Part shown: piece by piece, positions 1-10,373 of the stretch
How positions within the stretch are numbered: position 1 is the stretch's first letter
Layout: each line of letters starts with the position of its first letter
Assembly (NCBI GenBank): GCA_963793865.1
Contig: CAWCBP010000011.1
Location: 64,001 to 128,000 of the forward strand
Direction of reading: 5' to 3'
DNA length: 64,000 bases
Source of the DNA: an uncultured delta proteobacterium
GTDB lineage: Bacteria > Desulfobacterota > WTBG01
Position numbers and translations under genes: made by a program
The notes under the pieces: generated by a model
Databases searched by the model: none
The model's input: only the letters and a program-made list of their open reading frames with translations
Told to the model about the DNA's origin: nothing

Positions 1-980
1 CCACTGGTATGTGTAGAACAAGAACTATAAGTTTGGATGGAACCGGCTTTGATGCACCACTGCTGATTTCGGGCGGTTTCCTTTTGCAGAATAGCAACCC
101 TGACGCAGTAGATCTTACAACCTGTGATTGCAGTGCAAGCCTATGGGATCAACCCGTATATCGGGTGTTCGATCCTACCGGATATCCTGGCGGTTTATTT
201 GTAGCAACCACAAATTTGGGTTCAGGTGTAACACCATCTTCGGATATATTGCTTTGTGATGTGACCTTCTGTGGTGTGGGTGCCGGCACTGCTTCCATCA
301 GAATCGATACTGTGCCTGATTTTGATACTTGGATAGGCTGTTTTGATTGGCCCTGTACTGATTCGACCGTTTATGACCCCACCATCGATGCGGCCGTTAT
401 TTCGGTGTCTGTCTGTCCCTGCCCGTGCGAATGTGGTATATCCTCCGGCCCGTTCGAAGTGCAGGCAAATATTTCCGGAGATCCGGTTACTGCAATCTAT
501 ACTGCGGGGGAGGATCCCTCGACTTCTGTGATAATGCGCCAATCTTTGTATATTCTGACGATTGTGTCCATGGTTCCATAGATCCGAACACCGGTGTATT
601 CACCGTCCCCGCGTTTACATCTCCGCCGGAGGAGAATTGCACCATAATGGTAACCGACACCGCAAACACACAGCGTAATACCGGTGATCCGATTGTCTGC
701 GAGCCGCGATACATAACCATTCTTGCCGGCACCTGTGAGTGTGCGGGCAACTTTGATAATGACCTGGATGTGGACGGCTTCGATGCCGCCACCTTCAAGG
801 CGGATTTCGGCCGGGGTGAATTCACCAGACCATGTGTTGACGGTGATTTCTGCAACGGCGATTTTAGCTGCGACGGGGACGTAGATGGAACCGACGCGGC
901 ACTGTTCAAATCAGATTTCGGGAGAAGCAATTGAAAAATCCCTGCCCAGCTGCCCACGGGAACCGTGGTGTGTCTATTAG
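1..980 (+). CDS. Array gene A (5' partial): cohesin-like domain + Cys-rich Ig-like domain + C-terminal duplicated dockerin-like module; frameshifted
   Basis: ORFs 9..581 and 425..934 join by an indel near 500. Two more indels near 930-950 restore ...NPCPACPREPWCVY* (TAG 978-980). Closely paralogous to 4356..5441. Confidence 0.75.
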
Positions 981-1075
981 ATTGCGGACTTCGGAATGCG
1001 GATTGCGGAGGGAAAACAGGAGACGGGACTCAGAAGAAGGCGATGGGAGGCTTAATTTTTTTGAGGAGGATTTGG

Positions 1076-2327
1076 ATGAAAAAATCATTGATCGTCGGGG
1101 CGTTACTTTGGTGCTGGCTGTAGTGTCAGACAATGCTTGGCGATTGAATATACTACCAATATTTCTCCAGGGTTGACGGTAGAAGTCGGTGAATGCTTTT
1201 ACATGGATATCCGGCTGGAAAATGTACCAACCTTACTCATCACCGCCGGGTTTTTCATGGTTAACAATTCATCATTGGCAACCATCATAGATGTTGAAGC
1301 ATATGATGGTGAATTGGAACCAGATCTATGGGACTATGGATCATATAAAGTGCCTGATGCGGCGGGCCCGGGTACCTATTTCCTTGCCTGCCTTAATCTT
1401 GGTGCAGGTGTTTCACCTGATGATGTGCGAATTGCAAGGGCTGAAATATGCCCCATAGCTGCGGGTATTAATACCATTACCATTACCACCATCCCCGATT
1501 TTATGACGGTCGTTTCGGGTATTCCTGATTATGAGTACTATGATCCTCAAATTATTCCACATAGTGTTACGGTTACTCAAATTCCAGCGCCATGCAGATG
1601 CGAGATTATTGGTCCTTCTGTCATCAGCGCCGCATCAATTCCTGTAACGGCGCAGTATGCTGTTTCTCCTAATCAACACTGTGATTACCCATCAGCTTAT
1701 GTTTGGAGTGATACTTGTACGAATGGTGATATTGACCAAAACGGACTTGTGACGGTACCACCTTTCTATGCTGTCGAACAATGCGAAGTATGTGTTACAG
1801 ACACTGCCAACACTGATATTAACACTGGTGAGGTGGTTTCATGCTGTCGCCCCATAGAAATAGCAGGAGGGTGACCACCGGATACTGACTGGGACGGCGT
1901 CCCGGATTGTGATGATAATTGCCCCTTAATTCAAAATGGTCCATTAGGAGGTATCTGCACGAAAGGGCTTAACCTATATTGCAACCATGACGAATTCTGC
2001 GGACCGGGCGGTATCTGCAGTATGAATCAGGAAGATAACTATCCCCCCAATGGCAACGGCATCGGTGATGCCTGTGAATGCGAGGGCAATTTCAACTGTG
2101 ATGAAGATCAGGACGTAGACGGCAGTGATGCTGCATTATTTAAAGGAGATTTTGGGCGCAGCACCATGGTGCATCCCTGCATTGCAGGAGATGCCTGCAA
2201 CGGCGATTTCACTTGTGACAATGATGTGGATGGCACCGACGCATCACTCTTCAAATCCGACTTTGGCCGCAGTTCAATACAGAACCCTTGTCCGGCGTGT
2301 GTGGCGGCAGAGTGGTGCAGCTATTAG
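1076..2327 (+). CDS. Array gene B: secreted cohesin-like + Ig-like + TSP3-like/Cys-rich + dockerin-like protein; in-frame TGA at 1872-1874
   Basis: RBS GAGGAGG before ATG 1076 (signal peptide broken by indels). ORFs 1137..1874 and 2022..2327 share a frame, and the intervening sequence reads PPDTDWDGVPDCDDNCP...CSMNQED. Confidence 0.75.
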
Positions 2328-2444
2328 AACATCAAAGGGGGCAAAAGTTGAGCATGCGGAGTTTATACGGCAATTCCTTTCTTTTGCTCCAGGATTATGT
2401 CGGTCTGAGGGTGAAGCAGGGAGTTTTATTGTGTGGAGGGTAAG

Positions 2445-4070
2445 ATGAAAAATCTAATGATATGTATGTCTGTAATACTGAATGTGGTTGTTGTCTCTGG
2501 GGCTGCTCATAGTTCTTATTGGATTAAGACATATGGCAGCAACGGTCATGATATATCAAATACCGTAATTTCCACTACAGACGGCAATTTTCTTGTGTCA
2601 GGTTGTATTAATACATTTAGCAGCGGCAATAGCGACTTATGGCTTTTAAAAATAGATGCCGACGGCAACATCCTATGGCAAAAAAGGTATGGTGGGGAGA
2701 AAAGCGAATCTTTTTATACTTCCGGTCACTGTATCGATCAAACTGCTGAGGGAGGATATATTGTTGCAGGAAATACTACGTCATTCGGAGCCGGTTTCAA
2801 TGATTTCTGGATCATAAATATAGACAGTAATGGAAATATTTTATGGCAAAAAACATATGGTACTTATCATATGTATTATGGAGGTGACTATAATGATGAG
2901 GCCGCTTCCATCCAACCGACTTCTGACGGAGGGTTTATTGTAGCAGGTCATGCAGAAACAGTTTACGGCAATCTCGATATGTTGGTTTTGCGGCTTGATG
3001 CGAATGGAAATGTTGTGTGGCAAAAAACATATGCCGGGAATGACATTGCATATGCCTATGTTGTTCAACAGACTTCAGATGAGGGTTTTATCCTGAGCGG
3101 TGAATCGAATAACAGTCTTTTGTTAATTAAACTTGATGAAAGCGGCAACTTACAGTGGCAGAAAAGGTACTCGGGCAGCATCTCACCCAGCGTGGGAACA
3201 CCTTTTCAACAAACCGCAGACGGATATATTGTTGCAGCAAACACAAATGGAAACGAAGTATGTGTTCTAAAATTGGATGGCAACGGAGACATAGAATGGC
3301 AAAAATATTACGGAGGAACCGGTAAGGGATACGTATATTCCATCGAGCCGACCGCAGATGAGGGCTTTGTGGTGGGTGGGGATGTTAATTTAGAATCAGG
3401 AACAAGAAAAGCCTGGATAATGAAGCTGGCCGGTAACGGGGACATCGTCTGGCAAAAAACATATGGAATAAATTATGAGAGCACAATTTCCGGGGTCCTC
3501 CAGACTTCAGCTGCTGAATATGTTGCAGTGGGATTTACCTCCTATTTTTTTGGTGCTCGTGGTTTTGACATGTGGATGCTTAAGCTGGATAACGAGGCAA
3601 GTATTCCTTCCTGCGGCATTGTTGATACTCATGATGCAATTGCCTCCATTGCTGATGTTACTGCACAGGATGTAAGTGTTGCGGTTTCATCAATAGATCT
3701 TTATGTTACGAACACAGGGATTATTCCTCAAATGACCTCTGCACATACATCATTTATGTGCTGTTATGATGACCAGGACCTGGTCCCCCCGCCGAATGGC
3801 AATGGTATAGGCGATCTTTGTGATTGTGAGGGTAATTTTGATTGTGATGAAAATTGTGATGGTGCTGACGCCGCAATCTTAAAGGTGGATTATGGCAGGA
3901 GCACATTTCAACAACCCTGCATTGCCGGGGATACCTGCAACGGCGATTTCACCTGCGATGGCGACGTGGACGGCACGGATGCATCACTCTTCAAATCCGA
4001 CTTCGGCCGCAGTGCAATGCAGAACCCCTGTCCGGCGTGGACAGCCGGGGTGGTGTGGTGCAGTTATTAG
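2445..4070 (+). CDS. Array gene C: secreted 7-repeat beta-propeller-like protein with C-terminal dockerin-like module
   Basis: Intact ORF with signal peptide. Seven W-x-K-x-Y-x repeats. C-terminus has GNFDCDENCDGADAAILKVDYG and GDFTCDGDVDGTDASLFKSDFG. Confidence 0.85.
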   Translation: MKNLMICMSVILNVVVVSGAAHSSYWIKTYGSNGHDISNTVISTTDGNFLVSGCINTFSSGNSDLWLLKIDADGNILWQKRYGGEKSESFYTSGHCIDQTAEGGYIVAGNTTSFGAGFNDFWIINIDSNGNILWQKTYGTYHMYYGGDYNDEAASIQPTSDGGFIVAGHAETVYGNLDMLVLRLDANGNVVWQKTYAGNDIAYAYVVQQTSDEGFILSGESNNSLLLIKLDESGNLQWQKRYSGSISPSVGTPFQQTADGYIVAANTNGNEVCVLKLDGNGDIEWQKYYGGTGKGYVYSIEPTADEGFVVGGDVNLESGTRKAWIMKLAGNGDIVWQKTYGINYESTISGVLQTSAAEYVAVGFTSYFFGARGFDMWMLKLDNEASIPSCGIVDTHDAIASIADVTAQDVSVAVSSIDLYVTNTGIIPQMTSAHTSFMCCYDDQDLVPPPNGNGIGDLCDCEGNFDCDENCDGADAAILKVDYGRSTFQQPCIAGDTCNGDFTCDGDVDGTDASLFKSDFGRSAMQNPCPAWTAGVVWCSY

Positions 4071-4335
4071 ATTGCGGATTTCGGAATGCGGATTCGGATG
4101 GAAAAGAAGAGATGCGATGTGAGATGTGCGATCTGCGATAAAAAACCGGTAAGAGCGGCTTTAGCCGCGAATGATGTGATATGTGCAATGGGGATGAAAA
4201 GCAGAGGAAGGATGATTTGAGCATATCACGCATCAGAGTTCAGAAGACAGAGTCATGCGGCGGTAGGTATTCAATACTCCACTACTTCAGTACTCCATCA
4301 CTCCAGTATTCAAGATCGAAGATCGCACATCATGC
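4071..4335. repeat. Composite intergenic repeat (heptamer runs + GTAG-REP + TACTCCA runs), copy between genes C and D
   Basis: ATTGCGG/GATGTGN runs and GGTAAGAGCGGCTTTAGCCGCGA at 4148-4170. Related copies at 981-1020, 5442-5560, 6648-6880 and 49681-49895. Confidence 0.8.
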
Positions 4336-4355
4336 AGTTTAAAGGAGGGCAGGCG

Positions 4356-5441
4356 ATGAAAAAGCTATCAATAATTTGCATGGTTATGTTCCTTGTCCTG
4401 TCAGCCGGGCAGGTCTTTGCGCTGCCGGGGGTCTATAAAGCTGGTGCGTCCACAATGGCCTTGAGTATTGGTAGATGCGACAACAAGAACAATACGTATG
4501 GATGGAACCGGCTGGGGTACATCACCTTTGGAGTCGGGCGGATTTCTTATTCTCACTGTCTGATGAAGGTGAGGTGGTTGATATTGCTGACTGCCAGTGC
4601 TATGACGGGACATTAACACCAGCCATATGGGATCCAGGCGTCATACCAGTCTTCGATCCCTACGGGTATCCTGGCGGTTTATTTGTTGCAATGGCTAATC
4701 TGGGTCCAGGTATCACACCGTCAGCCAACATTCTGGTGTGTGATGTGACATTCTGTCGTGAGGCACATGGCTATTCTACCATTACCATTGATACTGTTCC
4801 TGATTTTGATACCTGGGTGACCAAGGATTTTACTGTCTATGATCCTACCATCGACGCGGCCGTTATCGAGGTGTCTGTCTCTGATCCTGGGTCGTGCGCA
4901 TGTTTTATTGACGGCCCTATCCAAGTGCAGGCAAATGTGTCCGGTGATCCGGTCATCGCAAGCTACGCTGCTAGTCCGGGCGCAGGATGCAGAGAATCTG
5001 TCGATTTATGTATATTCTGACGATTGTGCCCAGGGAACCATAGATCCGAATTTCGGCGTATTCACCGTGCCCGCGTTTACCACGCCGCCTGAGGAAAACT
5101 GCACCATAACCGTAACCGATACTACCAACACCGACATCAATACCGGTGATCCGGTTGTTTGTACATTGGATATAAACATTCTGGCCGGTACCTGCGAATG
5201 CGAGGGCAATTTCGATAATGATCAGGATGTGGATGGCTTCGATGCAGCCATCTTCAAGTCGGATTTTGGCCGGGGTGAATTCACCAGACCATGTGTTGAC
5301 GGTGATTTCTGCAACGGCGATTTTAGCTGCGACGGGGACGTAGATGGAACCGACGCGGCAATATTCAAACAGGATTTTGGCAGAAGCGGGTTAATAAATC
5401 CATGTCCTGCTTGTCCGAGGGACCCCTGGTGTGTCTATTAG
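4356..5441 (+). CDS. Array gene D: secreted cohesin-like + Ig-like + dockerin-like protein (paralog of A); frameshifted
   Basis: RBS AAGGAGG and signal MKKLSIICMVMFLVLSAGQVFA. ORF pieces 4332..4616, 4475..5020 and 4839..5441 are collinear with gene A. Confidence 0.8.
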
Positions 5442-5560
5442 ATTGCGGATTTCGGAGGGAAAGGCAGGAATGCGATGTGAGATGTGCGATCTGTGATAAA
5501 AACCCCGTAGGAGTGGCTTTAGCCGCGAATATATCCGTGATGGGGGATATGCGATACGGG
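5442..5560. repeat. Composite intergenic repeat copy between genes D and E
   Basis: ATTGCGGATTTCGGA, GATGTGA/GATGTGC runs, GTAGGAGTGGCTTTAGCCGCGA at 5507-5528. Confidence 0.8.
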
Positions 5561-5624
5561 GAAAAGCGGGCCAAGGATAAATTCAGAAGGTGGGTTTAAT
5601 TTTTTAAAGGGGGAGAGCACCGCG

Positions 5625-6630
5625 ATGAAGAATCTATCCATAATCTGGGGAATTGTCTTGTTTGTAATGTTTATCTCATCTCACAGCCATGCTGCAACCT
5701 ATTTCAATTATCATACTGATTTGCTGGAGCAGGGAAACACCGGTGGTTGGACAAACTCTCTAAAGACGTTTGACGATGAGTATACGGTAAACGTCGGTAA
5801 AACATCTAAAATAGATGTCTGGGTGCATGATGTAGTGATAGCTGAAGATGGAATATTATATGCGGACTTGGGCATCGAATATAATCCTTTCGAGGTGGAG
5901 ATTTGCGGTGTGGAGGTGTTTGATGGCGTCAATGGTCTGCCTGGCCCGTGGATCCGACTGCACCACCATAATCGTCCACATCTTTAATTGAGGACCTGCG
6001 TAATAACAACTGGGAATTTTAATTGTGTCCTTCCGGATAATGATGGTGATGTCATCATTGCCCGGATTATTGTGAAAAGTCTTACTGGTGGCGATGCGGC
6101 CATTACCGTTGCCCATCCACCATTTTTTGAGCCGACCATGACAGGTTGTGAATTTTACAAAGAATATATGGCGAATACTAATGCCATTACCCTTCACCAG
6201 TTAATCGCCGATTCTGATGCAGATGGCATCCCTGATCATGAAGACAGCTGCCCCCTTCATCCAAATAGTCCGACACTGGGTATTTGCGTGCGGTCGGGAA
6301 AACTTGTTTAAGTGATGATGACTGTAACGGTGGTCTTGATTCTGCTGTATGAATCAGGGGTGCAGTCCCGGCTGTGATTGCAAATCTAATTTTGATTGTG
6401 ATGGTGATGTAGATGGTACCGACGGGTCCAGGTTCAAGGCAAATTACGGGAGGAACCAATTCAATAATCCCTGCACAAGCCAGGTCATGTGTAATGGTGA
6501 TTTGGAATGTGATGGTGATGTGGATGGTACGGATGCGGCAGATTTTAAGAGGTATTTCGGAGTAAGTCCACTTGGCGGGTATTGCATATCCTGCGTTGAT
6601 GGAGTGTATCAGTATTCCTGCTCATACTAG
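5625..6630 (+). CDS. Array gene E: secreted cohesin-like + TSP3-like + dockerin-like protein; frameshifted
   Basis: Signal peptide. Pieces 5625..5987, 5988..6311 (DSDADGIPDHEDSCP) and 6349..6630 (two dockerin-like repeats). Confidence 0.7.
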
Positions 6631-6647
6631 AATGAGAAAAGATAGGG

Positions 6648-6880
6648 GATGTGCAATGTGGGATGTGAGAGATGGGATAAAAAAGAAAGTCGAAACAGGC
6701 GGTGAGGAATCTGAGATATGAGATGTGGGATAGGCGATGTGAGATGAAAAACCGGTAGGAGCGGCTTTAGCCGCGAATGATGTGGGATAGAATTCAGAAG
6801 ACAGAGCCAGGAGGCGGTAGATATCCAATACTCCAGGACTCCTATCACTCCAGTATTCAAGATCACGGATCGCACATCAT
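6648..6880. repeat. Composite intergenic repeat copy between genes E and F
   Basis: GATGTGN runs and GTAGGAGCGGCTTTAGCCGCGA at 6755-6776. Distal part matches 4234-4335. Confidence 0.8.
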
Positions 6881-6900
6881 ATTATAAAGGGGGTCTGGCG

Positions 6901-8063
6901 ATGAAAAAGCTATCAATAGTTTGCATGGTCATGCTTGTTATCCTGTCGGCCGGGCAGGCCTTTGCGCTGCCGGGTGTTTACAGGGCGGGTCCGCCCACCA
7001 TGGACTTGTACGTTGGTCAATGCGAAACAAGAACCATAAGTATGGATGGAACCGGCTGGGGCACATCACCACTGGTGTCGGGCGGTTTTATTATAACCAG
7101 CAGTCTGACGATGGTGCAGCAATTGATATCACTTTATGCCAGTGATATGACAGTACTTTAACGCGGCCATATGGCATGCTCCCGTCACTCCGGTGTTTGA
7201 TCCACAGGTTATCCGGGTGGCTTATTTGTTGCAATGGCTAATTTGGTGAAGGCGTAATCCCGTCTGCCAGCATACTGCTTTGCGATGTAACCTTCTGTGG
7301 TGTAAGCTGGTGAAACCACCATTACGATTGATACAAGTCTTGATTTGGAGTAATTGGATGGCCAAGGATATGTCCAACTATGATCCATATATCGACCCAG
7401 CCATTATCAATGCGACAGTTAGTATAAATTATTGTGAAGGAGATTTTGATTATGACCGGGATGTAGACGGAACTGATGCGGCAGTATTCAAATCTGATTT
7501 CGGGCGGAGCGGCCTTATCAATGTGTGTCCAGCTGATGGCCCTGCGGCGGTGCAAAAGACATGGCAGACCACGTCATATGCCGCTGGCGATGATGGCGAT
7601 TTGGGAAAGGGAATTGATTGGCCTAGTCCGAGATTCACTGACAACGGTAATGGCAGCGTTACCGATAATCTGACCGGACTGATCTGGCTGAAAAATGCCA
7701 ATTGCTTTGGATTGCGAGCATGGAACGACGCCGTATCTGATTGCAATGGATTGAATAGCGGAGAGTGCGGACTCAGCGATGATTCCAATCCGGGTGACTG
7801 GAGATTGCCGAATCGGAACGAACTGAGCAGCTTGCTCAAGAGCGACTTTTACGGTCCGGCGGTTCCCGATACGGCAGGGACCGGGCAATGTGCTGATGGC
7901 GACCCCTTTACTAATTTACTGTCCGGTGACCTGTACTGGACTTCAATCTACATTTCCTCTTTCCACAAACCAGGCCTATTATGTGGATATGTTTGCATCC
8001 ATAGTATACGTCCGCATAAAGACTGAATCGAACCTGGTCTGGCCGGTGCGCGGTGGTCATTGA
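6901..8063 (+). CDS. Array gene F: secreted cohesin-like + single dockerin-like repeat + DUF1566 (Lcl C-terminal) domain; frameshifted
   Basis: N-terminus nearly identical to gene D. Contains CEGDFDYDRDVDGTDAAVFKSDFG and FTDNGNGSVTDNLTGLIWLK...DWRLPNRNEL...YWTS. Shifted frame ends VWPVRGGH* at 8061-8063. Confidence 0.75.
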
Positions 8064-8159
8064 TTGATTTAGCGGTAATGTGAGATTTTTGCTCATTCAA
8101 AATGAACCTTTGGCCGTTATAACGGTTGGTGACCTTTTTTATTAATAGCGGAAAAAAGA

Positions 8160-9848
8160 ATGAAAAGACTGTTAATCATATGCATGGCAGTGCTGATTCT
8201 ACCGTGCATATCATATTCCAATCCGCTTCCTGATACCGGGCAGACCAAGTGTTGCGACGATACCCAGGAGATTCCATGCCCGGGCCCGGGAGAGCCTTTT
8301 TTCGGGCAGGATGGAAACTATGCAATCAACCCGCCTTCCTATACCAAGCTGGATGCAAACGGCAATACACTGCCCGATGACACGCCCTGGCCTTGGGCAA
8401 TGGTACGTGACAATATAACCGGACTGATATGGGAAGTGAAAACCGATGACGGCGCAATTCATGACAAGGACAATACTTATAACCGGTCTGATGCCCAGGA
8501 TGTGTTTATCGCGGGCTTAAATTCAGGGCAGTTCGGCGGACATAGTGACTGGAGGTTGCCAACGGTTAAAGAATTGGTTTCTATTGTTAATAGAGGCAGC
8601 TTTAATCCAGCTATTAACACCGCATATTTCCCCAATACCCAGCCCCAATACCATTGGTCGTCTACTCCTGACATCATGAATCCGGCTTGCGTCTGGATCG
8701 TCACTTTCGAAGACGGCACCGCGACCGACCTCTATCCTGATCCGGACTATTTCGCTTATGTGAGGGCTGTTCGTGGCGGGCAGTGCGGTTCTTTTGGGAA
8801 GTTTATTGACAATGGTGATGGAACGGTTACTGACACCGGGACCGGCCTCATGTGGCAGAAAGGCGGTTCAGGCGCCTACACATGGCAGGAGGCGCTCTCC
8901 TACTGTGAAAATCTTTCGCTCGCCGGTTATGATGACTGGCGGCTGCCGAACATCCATGAGCTTCAATCTCTTGTAGATTATAGCAGATACTCTCCTGCTA
9001 TAGATACTTTATATTTTCCGACAGGAGGTTATATCAATTTGTCCTCCACCACTCTGGCCAATTATAGCACCCCGTGGGTTGTATTTCCTCAACGGTTTGG
9101 TATTAGGTGACTATTTCCAAACTTACGGTCGAAGTGTGAAGGCTGTGCGCGGAGGTCAGTGCGGGTCATTCGGTGATGTGGATGGCGATTGCCGCATTGA
9201 CTGCATCGACAATTGTGTATCAATTCCCAATGGTTTGGATTCAGGCACCTGTACGAAAGGTGCTGTTGAGCAGCCCTGCACGAGTGATGAGCAGTGCGGG
9301 GTAGATGGATTCTGCAGCATGCTCAATGAAGATACAGACAGTGACTATCTGGGGGATGCCTGTGACAACTGCCCTGATACACCGAACCCGGACCAGGCAG
9401 ACACCTACCCGCCCCGGGAAATGCCATCGGCGATGCATGTGACTGCGAGGGAAACTTCAATTGCCATGAAGATGCAGACGTCGATGGTTCTGATGCCTAT
9501 ATATTTAAGGCTGACTTCGGGAGAAGTTCAGTTCTAAAATCATGCACAACTGAAGCTCCCTGCAACGGTGATTTTAACTGCGACCATGACTGTGACGGTA
9601 CAGATGCTGTCCTGTTCAAGCAGGATTTTGGAAGAAGCGCCATTGCAAATCCCTGTCCGGGGTGTGCTTCACAAGGTCCGTGGTGCGGGTATGATGTTTT
9701 AAACTGTGTGGAAGAATGTGATCAGGAACTTGAAACATGTCTAATAGGCTGTGAAGAGTGGTCTCCAGATTCCCAATATATTTGTAATGATAATTGTGTC
9801 TTTAATTATTCTGCTAATTGTATTCCAGCATGTGATGATAGTGGGTAG
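8160..9848 (+). CDS. Array gene G: secreted tandem DUF1566 x2 + TSP3-like + dockerin-like + Cys-rich tail; frameshifted
   Basis: LPDTGQTKC start and two VxDxxTGLxW...DWRLPxxxEL...VxAVRGGQ domains. Pieces 8160..9110 and 9079..9537, then a third frame ending CIPACDDSG* (TAG 9846-9848). Confidence 0.8.
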
Positions 9849-9898
9849 CCACGCCACAGGTGATTCAGCATTGTTACTCTTAAACTCCTTGTAATACA

Positions 9899-9938
9899 GT
9901 CCCCCTGCCTGCGCTTATCGGTCGGGGGATTCTTTTTG
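9899..9938 (+). terminator. Probable intrinsic terminator closing the array
   Basis: TCCCCC...GGGGGA stem followed by TTCTTTTT. Confidence 0.5.
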
Positions 9939-10075
9939 TTGGTCAGGCTGGTTACCGGGGTCGGGCACGCTCACTAACTGATAATTCTGGAAACACGTCT
10001 CTAAAAGCGCCCAATAATGCCCCAATAAGCTTGGATTTGGAGGATTTATTATCTGTCATTAACGCGATGTGGTAC

Positions 10076-10361
10076 GTGGAGGGCCATGCTCTTTCATGGC
10101 CGACCGTAACAAACGGACGCGACAGAGCGCGTCCCTCCATATGGTTTATATTTTATTGGATCCTGCGATCAAGTCGCAGGATGACAGCTCCTGCGCTGCG
10201 GGATGACAGCTCCTGCGTCGCAGAATGCCAGCGCCTGCATTTGTGCCTACCCATTGTCATTTCGAAGAAGCATAAGCGACTGAGAAATCTTATAAGATTT
10301 CTCACGAAGTTTATCCGGAGCGGCGATTAAGAGAGATTCTTCGCTGCGCTAGGATCTGACA
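10076..10361. repeat. Cluster of REP-like palindromes of several families
   Basis: GTGGAGGGCCATG...CATGGCC / GGACGCG...CGCGTCCCTCCA pair. ATCCTGCGATCAAGTCGCAGGATGAC with degenerate tandem copies. GTCATTTCGAAG...GAGAAATCT / AGATTCTTCG...TGAC pair. Confidence 0.7.
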
Positions 10362-10373
10362 CAGGTGAAGGAA

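Noticed and set aside
932..934. TGA ending ORF 425..934 as selenocysteine
   Set aside because: The paralogous C-terminus continues in another frame, so it results from an indel.
981..6900. CRISPR array or integron attC sites in the repeated spacers
   Set aside because: No equal-length repeats with unique spacers, no cas or intI gene, and no consistent RYYYAAC/GTTRRRY boxes seen.
7280..9537. Complete diversity-generating retroelement
   Set aside because: No reverse transcriptase, Avd-like gene or template repeat in the window; kept only as a weak finding.
1..9848. True cellulosome
   Set aside because: No glycoside hydrolase domains or multi-cohesin scaffoldin are visible.
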